IMG/VR virus record: IMGVR_UViG_3300036961_000217
Direction: 5' to 3' (one strand)
DNA length: 64,000 nt
From: an uncultured virus (IMG/VR IMGVR_UViG_3300036961_000217)
Lineage: Duplodnaviria; Heunggongvirae; Uroviricota; Caudoviricetes
The notes below the pieces were generated by a model, which ran no database searches, had not been told where the DNA came from, and worked only from the letters and a program-made list of their open reading frames with translations. The translations under genes and the position numbers were made by a program. This document shows positions 30,385-39,941 of this stretch, piece by piece. Position 1 is the stretch's first letter. Every line of letters starts with the position of its first letter.

Positions 30385-30838
30385 TAATCTTAAAATGAAT
30401 CAATCTGGTATCGATATTATTAAAGATCGAGAAAAATTATATTTAAAAGCTTACTTGTGTCCATCTGGAATTCCCACTATTGGTTGGGGTCATACGCTTA
30501 AAGTCAAACTTGGAATGACATGTACAATAGAACAGGCCGAAGAATGGCTTAAAATCGATATCGAAGATTTTGAGAAGGCGATATACAATACTGTCAATGT
30601 AGATCTTAATGAAAACCAATTCTCAGCTTTGGTTTCGTTCGTATTTAATATTGGATATGGTGCATTTGTAAATAGCACTTTGTTAAGACTTCTCAACCTT
30701 GGAAATTACGAATCTGTTCCAGAACAATTGAGAAGATGGAAATATGGGTCTGTCAGAGGAGCAAAAACTGAACTTCCTGGTTTAGTTATCAGAAGAAACA
30801 TGGAAGCTGAACTCTGGTCTAAACCTATAGGATCATAA
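30374..30838 (+). CDS. GH24 lysozyme (endolysin)
   Basis: E...KAYLCPSGIPTIGWGHT, QFSALVSFVFNIG, GLVIRR..E. Confidence 0.93.
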   Translation: MKNSNLKMNQSGIDIIKDREKLYLKAYLCPSGIPTIGWGHTLKVKLGMTCTIEQAEEWLKIDIEDFEKAIYNTVNVDLNENQFSALVSFVFNIGYGAFVNSTLLRLLNLGNYESVPEQLRRWKYGSVRGAKTELPGLVIRRNMEAELWSKPIGS

Positions 30839-30842
30839 AAAT

Positions 30843-32342
30843 ATGAGACTGCCATTTGGAATTGAAATCAGACGACAAAAACAAAGTCCAAAAACCGAAA
30901 AAAATCCCCTTCTTCGGAGATTGTTGTCTCCATTCCAATATGGTAAGTCATTACTTTATGATACAGACGTAACAAGGCAATTAAACGCCTACCGATCATG
31001 GGTTTATTGCGCTGCAGGATTAAATGCGCAGTGTGTCGCTCAAACCCCTCTTAGATTGTATTTTGCAAAACCCGCCAAGAATATCAAGACTATTTTTCCT
31101 ACCAAGGCAGTGTCTGAAGAAAAAATTGACAATTTAAATAGATTCCATAATATATGGAAAATCCCCGCTGTAAGAAAATCAGTTGGAATAGAAGAGGTTG
31201 TTGAGCATCCCGTTCTTGATTTGTTTCGAACTGTCAATAATTTCAATAATAGTTTTGATTTGTGGGAACTTACGGAGCTTTATCAGGAATTGACTGGTAA
31301 TGCGTACTGGTTGATTCTAAAAGACAAGAAGCTGAAAGTTCCTAGAGAAATTTGGACTATTCCTCCCGATAGAATCACACCTATTCCAGATCCAGACAAG
31401 TTCATTTCTGGATACAAATATGTATACGGCACCACAGAATATACATTTCCTGAAAGTATAATTATTCATTTTAAATTCCCTAATCCTCATAATATGTACT
31501 TAGGAATTGCTCCTCTTAATGCCGGTATTGCTGCGTACAATACAAATGAGAACATGCAAGTTTACAACAATTCAATGTTTCAAAATATGGGAAGACCATC
31601 TGGATTTTTTGAGACGGACGATGTTCTTGATGAAGAAGATTTTCAAAGACTTAAGATTGAATTGCACGATGTCTATTCTGGAGTTCAGAATGTAGGTAAA
31701 ATGGGCCTTTTGGATCATGGCCTTACTTTCCAACAGGTAGGATTAAAACCTGATGAATTGGCATTTATCGATGGAAGAAAGGCAATCCGTGAAGAGATTT
31801 TTAATGTTTATGGTCAGTCTGTAAGTCTTTGGTCAGAGAATACAAATAGAGCTAATGCTGATGCAGCAGAAAGGCAATTTTATCGTAGAACTATCCGTCC
31901 AAGGTGTATTCGTTTAGCAGAAAAATTGAATGAAAAACTCTTGCCACGATATGATGGCAATTTATTTTTTGCTTTTGACGATCCTAGTACCGATGATAAA
32001 TTGATTGACGCTCAAATTCGTAAAATGGATATTGGATCTGGTGTAGTTACAATAAACGAGTCTCGTAAGAAGATGCATCTTCCTCCATTGAAAGATGGTG
32101 ACTCCCCGTTAATACAGATTCAATACGCTCCATTAAGCTCTGTTGTATCTGGAGCGACACTTAATAGTGATCCTGGAGCAACTGCACCTCTTAATGAAGA
32201 CAAACCTAATAATAAACCACCTAAAGACGAAGAAAAACTACCTAAAAATGTAAAACCTTCTAAAGCATTAGTTGAGCATATTTTAATGTCTATGCTTGAA
32301 GATAAGATATACAATCAGAAGCTTAAACAACTTAGCAAATAA
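30843..32342 (+). CDS. HK97-family portal protein
   Basis: WVYCA, HPVLDL, TGNAYW, IIHFK, TINESR. Confidence 0.93.
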   Translation: MRLPFGIEIRRQKQSPKTEKNPLLRRLLSPFQYGKSLLYDTDVTRQLNAYRSWVYCAAGLNAQCVAQTPLRLYFAKPAKNIKTIFPTKAVSEEKIDNLNRFHNIWKIPAVRKSVGIEEVVEHPVLDLFRTVNNFNNSFDLWELTELYQELTGNAYWLILKDKKLKVPREIWTIPPDRITPIPDPDKFISGYKYVYGTTEYTFPESIIIHFKFPNPHNMYLGIAPLNAGIAAYNTNENMQVYNNSMFQNMGRPSGFFETDDVLDEEDFQRLKIELHDVYSGVQNVGKMGLLDHGLTFQQVGLKPDELAFIDGRKAIREEIFNVYGQSVSLWSENTNRANADAAERQFYRRTIRPRCIRLAEKLNEKLLPRYDGNLFFAFDDPSTDDKLIDAQIRKMDIGSGVVTINESRKKMHLPPLKDGDSPLIQIQYAPLSSVVSGATLNSDPGATAPLNEDKPNNKPPKDEEKLPKNVKPSKALVEHILMSMLEDKIYNQKLKQLSK

Positions 32343-32354
32343 TTGGAGTGCCAA

Positions 32355-33734
32355 ATGAAGAAATTCATTTTATTTATCGTTTGTCTGTTTATCTCAACTA
32401 GTGTTTATGCCGGGCCATTTATTGCTGGTGGTGGAGCTGGCACTGGAGATATGGCTGAAGCAACATACTCCACAGACGGCAAAATTAAAACTTCAAAAGG
32501 AGGCACCGGACAGGACTCGTCCGCCTGGGATGGCTGCTATCCCAGCCTGGTCGGCGGCGTGTGGGGTTGTGACGACAATGACACGCGAATGCAGCGGCTG
32601 ATTGGTCTTGTGATAGGGACTGATGTACTTGCTCCGAATGGCAGTGCGGCTTCACTGACTAATTTCCCAACTCTTAATCAAAATACAACAGGTACGGCTT
32701 CTGCTCTTGCTGCCAACGGTGCTAACTGCTCGGCTGGTCAGGCTCCTCTCGGGGTGGATGCGGCTGGTGCGGTCGAGGGATGCTTTGCTGTCGAAACCGA
32801 CACCGGCTGTACGCATGACGGAGCTGGGAATATCACGTGCGCCAGCTACACGACGACTAGAACGGATGCCGCGCAATACTTCAAACTCTACGAAGCCACA
32901 AGTGATGGAAATTCTTCCGCAACATTTGCTGTGCCAGCCAAGGGGACCGGCCTTGCTGGAGATATCGACCTTACCTTCTCGAAGTCTTTAAGCTTCACAG
33001 GTACGTTTACGGACGGCAAACTGTGCACCTACGCTTCGAGTGGGGCTGTTATCTCGTGCAATACTGATGCTGCTGGCACGGGCACGATGACAACCGTCTC
33101 CGAGGATCACGTCGAGGTCGGAAGTGCCGATGTAACGCAGCTCAATTTTGGCGCAGGGTTTGATGTAGCCGATAACGGGACTATCGCTGAGATTACGCTA
33201 GAGAGCACGGTTGTCCGTGCGGGCGTAACCGAAGTCACCCGCTACCAGTATCTTCCAGCCGCATGGTTCGAGGACAATGCAACCTCTCCACCTGCCGCCG
33301 CCGCGGTCATCTCCGGCGAGGAAATCAAGGCCCGTTTGTTTGCCGATAATGAAACCTCCATCGTGCTCTGGCAGGTAGATCCTGAGTGGTCGGCGGGGCT
33401 CAAGTTCCGGGTCTATTATTCCTTGGTGGCTGATGGCGAGGCTGACGACACTGCTATTTTCCGGCTCAAGGGCTGCACTATCGGCAACAGCGAGGCGTTG
33501 ACTTGCACGGCAGGAGATCCAATAGGCGTGACGGATGAGATCGGCACAGATGATGATGCCAACCAGATGATGCTGACCGACTGGTCCGACGAGGTGACCT
33601 TGACCGGCGTTGCCGCCAATGAGCTGGCGCGGCTGACGTTCTACCGGGGCGAGGATGACGAGGCCGGGGAACTGAACGTGATCGGGATCGAGCTGAAATA
33701 TAAGGCCAAAGTCAGCGCTGCCAGCGACTACTAG
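32355..33734 (+). CDS. Fibre-like protein with Sec-type signal peptide
   Basis: MKKFILFIVCLFISTSVYA; GGTG and FPTLNQNTTGTA fibre-type motifs; paired Cys. Confidence 0.7.
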   Translation: MKKFILFIVCLFISTSVYAGPFIAGGGAGTGDMAEATYSTDGKIKTSKGGTGQDSSAWDGCYPSLVGGVWGCDDNDTRMQRLIGLVIGTDVLAPNGSAASLTNFPTLNQNTTGTASALAANGANCSAGQAPLGVDAAGAVEGCFAVETDTGCTHDGAGNITCASYTTTRTDAAQYFKLYEATSDGNSSATFAVPAKGTGLAGDIDLTFSKSLSFTGTFTDGKLCTYASSGAVISCNTDAAGTGTMTTVSEDHVEVGSADVTQLNFGAGFDVADNGTIAEITLESTVVRAGVTEVTRYQYLPAAWFEDNATSPPAAAAVISGEEIKARLFADNETSIVLWQVDPEWSAGLKFRVYYSLVADGEADDTAIFRLKGCTIGNSEALTCTAGDPIGVTDEIGTDDDANQMMLTDWSDEVTLTGVAANELARLTFYRGEDDEAGELNVIGIELKYKAKVSAASDY

Positions 33735-33746
33735 GAGGACTCGACC

Positions 33747-33939
33747 ATGAAACGACTTTGCTTGATTCTTTTCGTCCTCCTCCTCCTCCTCGCCGCGCCC
33801 GACGGGGCATTACGGAAATGTATGGACCTGGGCGGAGGTGGCGGCTGCGGTCAACCGGGCGATCCTTGCGGCGGTTGACCTGGCGGGAGGGTTGCGGGCC
33901 GGGGTGCTGAAGTCCCTCATCGAGGAGCAGGTGAAGTGA
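33747..33939 (+). pseudogene. Signal peptide joined out of frame to a C-terminal fragment
   Basis: MKRLCLILFVLLLLLAA, then +1 frame ...YGNVWTWAEVAAAVNR...EEQVK* coupled to the next gene. Confidence 0.45.
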
Positions 33940-34388
33940 ACTACTACAGACACTACGATGATTGTGAGACCGTTTCAACGAGTAGTATCAATGTCGGTTG
34001 CTCCTTTTGTGGGCGCGATCTGTCGAATTATTATGTAGTGACCTATTTGGATGGGCGGCCGATTTGTGATGAGTGTCTGGCCAAAGTGCGATTGTCGGTA
34101 CAGTGAGCAATCGATGGCAAATATATCTCTGCTGGTCAGACGGACGATATTTTCGTTATGGAAGCGCCAAGACGGAGCAAGGGGCGACAGATAGTCTTAG
34201 GTCAGCATTCAAGGACAGCTACTTCCGTGCGGAAGGTATCTATGTCGGCAAGATTCGCCACCCGGATGGATGGGTGAGCTATTTGAGTGCCGATAAACTC
34301 ACCCGCCAATGGCGGCGGAATGAGATCGGGGGTCGCCTGCAAGGGGCGTCCCCTGCAAGACTTGATAAGAGGAGTACATGGGATTTGT

Positions 34389-34835
34389 ATGACCAAAATT
34401 CTCATATCTGGCTTTCCTAAAACTGGGAAATCAACATTTGCAAATGAACTATCCAATCAGTATAAAAATATTCAGATACTACATACTGATGATTTAATTG
34501 AAAATCATAATTGGAAAGATTCGTCAGATATTGTTTCAAATTGGATCTTAGAAAATGAATATATAATAGAAGGAGTAACGGTCATAAGAGGGTTGAGAAA
34601 ATTAATAACGTCTTATCCACATAAAAGATTTGACGATATTACATTGTACTACTTGACCAAACCAAAAATTGAATTGAATACGAAACAATTTGCAATGGCA
34701 AAAGGAATTCAAACAATTTTTATGTCGATTCATGGATTATTAAAAGAGAGAGGATTAAATATCATCTTTCCAAAAGGTGAATGGAATTTACCAGTAATTA
34801 AAAAGGAATTTGTAAAAAGACGCTATAGAGTATAG
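34389..34835 (+). CDS. Small P-loop NTPase/kinase
   Basis: ILISGFPKTGKST, HTDD, IIEG. Confidence 0.75.
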   Translation: MTKILISGFPKTGKSTFANELSNQYKNIQILHTDDLIENHNWKDSSDIVSNWILENEYIIEGVTVIRGLRKLITSYPHKRFDDITLYYLTKPKIELNTKQFAMAKGIQTIFMSIHGLLKERGLNIIFPKGEWNLPVIKKEFVKRRYRV

Positions 34836-34935
34836 CGTGTATATATAGTCTAATTGTCGGATAAACACTTTCAATGTCGAAAGTTTAATATCCATATTAA
34901 GAGATTCTAGTCCATTGTGACGGAAGGATTATAAG

Positions 34936-37548
34936 ATGGAAGTTCAAAATAAGATGTTTGAAGTTGTAGAGAAGAAAGAGATCAACGATGAGGAAAGGTC
35001 TATTGTAGCATGGGGATCTCGTCCAGTACTCGATAGAGATATGGAAAAAATAGCCGCCGATGCAAAATGGGAACTTGACAATTTTAAGAAGAATCCTGTT
35101 TTGTGTATTTCCCATGATTATTCAAAATTACCTGTTGGCAAGGTACTTTGGACTAAAGTTACTTCAGAAGGATTGCGTTTTAAAGCCCAATTCGCCAAAA
35201 CTCCTACTGGAGAAGAACTTTGGACATTATACAAAGACGGTATAATGAATGCGTTTTCTATCGGATTTCTTCCATTGAAATATACTGAACCAGACATGGT
35301 TAAATCTGGAGAACCAAGGCGTATTTATGAACATCTAGAGTTGTTAGAGATTTCTTGTGTAAGTATTCCTTCATGTCCTGCGGCTATAATGGAAATGTAT
35401 AATGATGGCAAAATTAAAACAAAAGATTTTTCGGATGTTTTGGCAAAAATAAAGGAGGAATCACATGGGCAAATCGAAGCAGAAGAAAAAGCAATCTCAG
35501 AAAACGAAGAAGGAACAGCAGCCAGTGGCGACAGGGAAGAAAAAGAAGTAGTTACTAAACCTGAAACTACTGAGAATTATCATCATATTCCTGTCAGTGA
35601 AGGACATGATGGTCATAAGATTCGGACTATCAAGGTTACTGATGGTATTAAAGCCTTGTACTGTGTGGAATGTAAAGAAATAAAAACATATTTATTCGAT
35701 GTAGATAAATTCACCATGGAAGAAGCTCGTCAGTGGATTCAAGATCACAAGAAGGCTGTTGATACAGCAATGGACATTATTGATAAAGACGAAGAATTTG
35801 ACGGTCTTGATCTCAAGTTGGTTGATGAATACGAAGAAGTCGATATTAACATTGAATGTGGGAAAGAAGATGAAAAACCATGTGATCAGAAGTCTAAAGA
35901 AGACGAAGTAGAGGAAGAAGCTTATAGAGAACCAAAAAAGGAATTTGAAGAAATCCAAATCCCGTTTGGTGAGAGGGTTGTTCCAAAGGAATTTCAAGCT
36001 GAGCGTTGGAATAAATCGTTAAGCAAAACTTTTGATATTCAGAATGTTCCAAGTAAGCCTGCCTCATATACCATGCAGATTTATTGTGCTTTTCTTGAGT
36101 GCAAGGTGAAGAATGTTTATATGAACGATTTCTTTATCCATTCTCCATTGCTTGGCTCTTATCTTGCTGGATTTAAGAATAAAACCAATGATTTTACACT
36201 GAAAGATGTTCGTGCGTTCTCAAAGTATGAGCAGCTTGAATTTCCTCCTGTATATGAAGTGATTCAGATCAATAGCAAAACTCATGATGATTTTCTGATT
36301 GATGGATCTGCTTTTTATGAGATTGATGGGGTTCCTGTGGTTCTAAGTTTCACTCCTGATCGGTATGGACTTCATGCTACGATTTATACATCACGAAAAT
36401 ATATGGATTTCAATAAGGACTTGATGAAATCGGTTCATGAGTGGGTTGAAAAGGAAAATCCTCTCAAAGACGAAAAAATGGGCCTTAACGGTGAGTTTCT
36501 CGATATCGATCCTGCTGATGATTGGGATACGATTGTCCTCTCAGATGGCAATTTAAAGGCTGCAAAACATGCTCAGAAACTTATTGATGAAAAAGAAATG
36601 GGCTTCGATGGTCGTGGCATGTTGATGCTCGGAAAACCCGGAACCGGAAAAACCAAAGTATCTCGCATACTTATGTCCCAAACCAAACACACTTTCATCT
36701 GGGTAAGTTCGAAAGATCTCACAAATACATATTATCCAGAAGATAAAATTGCTCTAGGATTTAAATTGGCAAGGAAGCTTGCACCTTCGATTTTGTGCTT
36801 GGAAGACATCGATAATTGGATCAATGGCAAAATCGTTGACATGATGAAAACAGAGCTTGATGGAGTCAAGAAAAACACTGGTGTCATTACTATTATGACA
36901 ACCAACTCTCCTGAAAAGCTCCCTGATGCTCTGCTTGATCGTCCTGGTCGTTTCAGTGATATTCTCCATTTCGATTCTCCTACAAAAGAACTTCGTCAAC
37001 AAATGATCGAAAAGTGGATTGGAGAAATCAGTGAAGGAAGTATGAAATCTATCCTTGAAACTACTGAAGGGTACTCAGGCGCATACATGTGGGAACTGAT
37101 TCAATTTGCTAAAACTATGGCTGAAGATCATGAAATGGCGATTGAAGACGCCCTTGTTGAAAGCTTGGAGAAGCTTATTGGGCAGAAAGATCTTATTGCT
37201 CAAATTCGAGGAGAAAAGAAACAAGAGGATAACGAACCTGAAGAGAAAGAAATTGATGTGGAAGACATTGCTATCAAGGCAATGTACGAAACACTTGAAA
37301 AATCAGGTAGGACTATTTCTTCAAGAAATCAACAGAGAATTCGTGAAGCAATCGAAACTTTGAGTTCTTTGATTGACGCTGAAGAAAAAGTTGAAGAAGT
37401 AGATATCGAAGTTGAACAAGACAGTATAGATCCAGAAGAGGCTAAATCAGCACTTCAATCTATCGTGAAAGACTTCCTCTCTGAAAGACCAGATGTACAG
37501 ACTCTTATTGATGAACGTATCAAAAGAGCACAGGGGAGGATGTTCTGA
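34936..37548 (+). CDS. HK97-type prohead protease fused to an AAA+ ATPase
   Basis: DRD, NPVL..HD, FSIGF, LLEISCV; then GKPGTGKT, LEDID, TTN, DRPGRF. Confidence 0.9.
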   Translation: MEVQNKMFEVVEKKEINDEERSIVAWGSRPVLDRDMEKIAADAKWELDNFKKNPVLCISHDYSKLPVGKVLWTKVTSEGLRFKAQFAKTPTGEELWTLYKDGIMNAFSIGFLPLKYTEPDMVKSGEPRRIYEHLELLEISCVSIPSCPAAIMEMYNDGKIKTKDFSDVLAKIKEESHGQIEAEEKAISENEEGTAASGDREEKEVVTKPETTENYHHIPVSEGHDGHKIRTIKVTDGIKALYCVECKEIKTYLFDVDKFTMEEARQWIQDHKKAVDTAMDIIDKDEEFDGLDLKLVDEYEEVDINIECGKEDEKPCDQKSKEDEVEEEAYREPKKEFEEIQIPFGERVVPKEFQAERWNKSLSKTFDIQNVPSKPASYTMQIYCAFLECKVKNVYMNDFFIHSPLLGSYLAGFKNKTNDFTLKDVRAFSKYEQLEFPPVYEVIQINSKTHDDFLIDGSAFYEIDGVPVVLSFTPDRYGLHATIYTSRKYMDFNKDLMKSVHEWVEKENPLKDEKMGLNGEFLDIDPADDWDTIVLSDGNLKAAKHAQKLIDEKEMGFDGRGMLMLGKPGTGKTKVSRILMSQTKHTFIWVSSKDLTNTYYPEDKIALGFKLARKLAPSILCLEDIDNWINGKIVDMMKTELDGVKKNTGVITIMTTNSPEKLPDALLDRPGRFSDILHFDSPTKELRQQMIEKWIGEISEGSMKSILETTEGYSGAYMWELIQFAKTMAEDHEMAIEDALVESLEKLIGQKDLIAQIRGEKKQEDNEPEEKEIDVEDIAIKAMYETLEKSGRTISSRNQQRIREAIETLSSLIDAEEKVEEVDIEVEQDSIDPEEAKSALQSIVKDFLSERPDVQTLIDERIKRAQGRMF

Positions 37549-37684
37549 TAGTTGGTAGATGTTAGATCGCTGGAGATATTCTTGAGATATTAGGCGATTG
37601 GAGACATTACAACGTAAGGTAGTCAAACCCATGGAGATTAGTAGCTAATCTCCTATTTTTATTTAAATCAAAGGAGCAACACAA

Positions 37685-38935
37685 ATGAAAATTGAAGAGT
37701 TCAAGAGTCTTTTGAGTGACACTGTAAAGCCGATGCTTGAGGAACATGGTAAGGCGTCCGATGAGCGCATTATCGCCCTCATCGATGAGAAAATCGCAAA
37801 GGTGTCGGATGAGGTTCAGAAAACCTTTAAGATCGAAACCCACGATAATCGTGTAGACGATAAAAAGGGTGGGTTTAAACACTTTGGGCAGTTTCTTGGT
37901 GCTGTGCAGCAGTGTGGTTCGTCTGGTGGGCGCACCGTTTCAAAGGAACTTGCCGAATGGGAAACTATTTCCAAAGCAGCTGGTACTGGCCTGAGTGAAG
38001 CCGATGCTAATTATGCCGGTTTCCTGGTGCCTGAAGAGTTTCGTAACCAGCTCATGGTTCTTGTTGAGGAAGAGAATAATCTGCTTCCTCTCTGCGCTAA
38101 AATGCCCATGCAGAGCAACATTATCAAGATCCCCTACGTGGATGGCTTTGATAAGTCAGCTGGTCTGGTCTATGGTGGTGTGAAGTGGTACTGGGTTGCT
38201 GAAGAGGCTCAGGCTACCGAGACTCGTCCCAAGGTCGATATGCTCCAGATGGAACTTCATACTCTGGTCGGGTTGGCCTTTGCAACTGAGCAGCTGATTG
38301 CCGATTCTCCCACTTCTGTTGAAGCACTTCTGAAACAGGGTTTTCAGAGTGGGTTGAATTACGTTTACAATGAAGTTCTCCTCCATGGAACAGGGGTGGG
38401 ACAGCCGCTCGGCGTTGTAAACGCTCCTTGTGCGGTAACGGTTTCATACGAGACAGGTCAATCGACTACTACACCTATTCTTTTTGAAAATGTCGTGAAG
38501 ATGTATTCTCGTTCTACCAATCCTGGCAAGGCAGTTTGGGTAGCAAACATTGCATTGCTTCCCTATCTAGCGTCGATGTCATTGTCCGTAGGTACTGGTG
38601 GTGTCCCAGTTTGGCTCCCTGCGGGTGGCGCAGCTGGAATGCCTTATGCTACTCTGTTTGGTCGGCCTATTTATTGGAACGACCATTGTAGCGATGTTAA
38701 TACTACTGGTGATATTGCTTTTGTTGACTGGTCTCAATATTGGATTGGCTCCAAGGCAGGGAACGATATTCCCGACTATGCAACCAGTATTCACTTAAAA
38801 TTCGACTACTTACAGCAAGCTTTTCGTTTTTCCATAAGGACCGAGGGCCGTCCTGCCTGGCGTACATATTATACACCTCCAAAAGCAACTACTACCACGA
38901 GATCTCCGATAGTTTTATTGCAAACACGTGTGTAA
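37685..38935 (+). CDS. Major capsid protein (HK97 fold)
   Basis: AGFLVPEEF, WVAE, GTGVGQPLG, TLFGRPI. Confidence 0.95.
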   Translation: MKIEEFKSLLSDTVKPMLEEHGKASDERIIALIDEKIAKVSDEVQKTFKIETHDNRVDDKKGGFKHFGQFLGAVQQCGSSGGRTVSKELAEWETISKAAGTGLSEADANYAGFLVPEEFRNQLMVLVEEENNLLPLCAKMPMQSNIIKIPYVDGFDKSAGLVYGGVKWYWVAEEAQATETRPKVDMLQMELHTLVGLAFATEQLIADSPTSVEALLKQGFQSGLNYVYNEVLLHGTGVGQPLGVVNAPCAVTVSYETGQSTTTPILFENVVKMYSRSTNPGKAVWVANIALLPYLASMSLSVGTGGVPVWLPAGGAAGMPYATLFGRPIYWNDHCSDVNTTGDIAFVDWSQYWIGSKAGNDIPDYATSIHLKFDYLQQAFRFSIRTEGRPAWRTYYTPPKATTTTRSPIVLLQTRV

Positions 38936-38983
38936 TGAAATTTCGTGAATTATTGTGAGATCGTGTATAATGTAATTGTCCAT

Positions 38984-39071
38984 TTGACATGGCTAGGGTT
39001 CGCGGCCCGAAAACAATGATCCTGACATTGCCGCCATGTCAATTTAACAATTCAGGATGTTCTGTCAGGAG
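38984..39071 (+). ncRNA. Three-way-junction leader whose loop is complementary to the downstream RBS (C4-antisense-like)
   Basis: TTGACATGGC/GCCATGTCAA stem; loop ATCCTGA; TCAGGA at 39052 and 39065. Confidence 0.55.
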
Positions 39072-39078
39072 GACAACA

Positions 39079-39870
39079 TTGAATTGCAACGACATTTCTG
39101 TAATGAGTGATTTAAGGGAAAAATCAAAAAAACGTCCAAAAGTTAAGGCGATTTGTTTAAATTGTGGAGAAGAATTTCTGGTTTATCGCTCTCAAATCGA
39201 ATATAGGAATGGAGGTAAATTTTGTAGTAAAAATTGTAGATATCAATATATGAGAGGAGAAAATCATCCACGAAGCAAACCAAAGATCGATATAATTTGT
39301 GAGACATGTGGCAAATTATTTCATATTAATCAGTACAAGTCTAAGACTGCGAAATATTGTTCTTTAGACTGTAGGAACAAAGCATTGGTTGGAAGGTATG
39401 TTGGAGAAAAAAGCCCAGTATATTCTAGAGTATCTAAACAATGTCCGGTTTGTGGATTAGAATTTACTGTTAAACAATCACAAAATAATCGGTGTATTGA
39501 TAATTGTTGTTCGAAAGAATGCTCGATACAATGGGCTAGTTTGTCTGGCAAGTTTTGTGGAGAGAACAACCCTATGTTTGGAATAATTGGAGACCAGTCT
39601 CCAGCATGGAATGGAGGTTCTTCTAATTTCCCATATCCATTCGAATTTAACAAACAACTTAAACTAGATATTAGGACAAGAGATGAGTTTAAATGTAGAA
39701 TATGTGGGGAAAAGGAGGGAGACATAGCCTTTCCTGTTCACCATATAAATTACAATAGAAATGACAACTTTAATGAAAATTTAATACTACTTTGTGTTAG
39801 TTGTCACTCTAAAACAAATACCAATCGAAATTATTGGGAATCTTATCTAAACAGCCTGATGATTTCTTAA
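39079..39870 (+). CDS. Free-standing HNH endonuclease with Zn-ribbon repeats (TTG start)
   Basis: Three CxxCG...CS..C repeats; VHHINY..N...NL..LC..CH. Confidence 0.88.
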   Translation: MNCNDISVMSDLREKSKKRPKVKAICLNCGEEFLVYRSQIEYRNGGKFCSKNCRYQYMRGENHPRSKPKIDIICETCGKLFHINQYKSKTAKYCSLDCRNKALVGRYVGEKSPVYSRVSKQCPVCGLEFTVKQSQNNRCIDNCCSKECSIQWASLSGKFCGENNPMFGIIGDQSPAWNGGSSNFPYPFEFNKQLKLDIRTRDEFKCRICGEKEGDIAFPVHHINYNRNDNFNENLILLCVSCHSKTNTNRNYWESYLNSLMIS

Positions 39871-39941
39871 TATATCGATTTTTCTTTTGAATCACTCATT
39901 ACAGATTTTTCAACACTTAAACTTGTAAAGGAGCAACAATC

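Noticed and set aside
38989..39078. ATG start of the HNH ORF at 38989
   Set aside because: It lies in the structured leader without an RBS; AGGAGG precedes TTG at 39079
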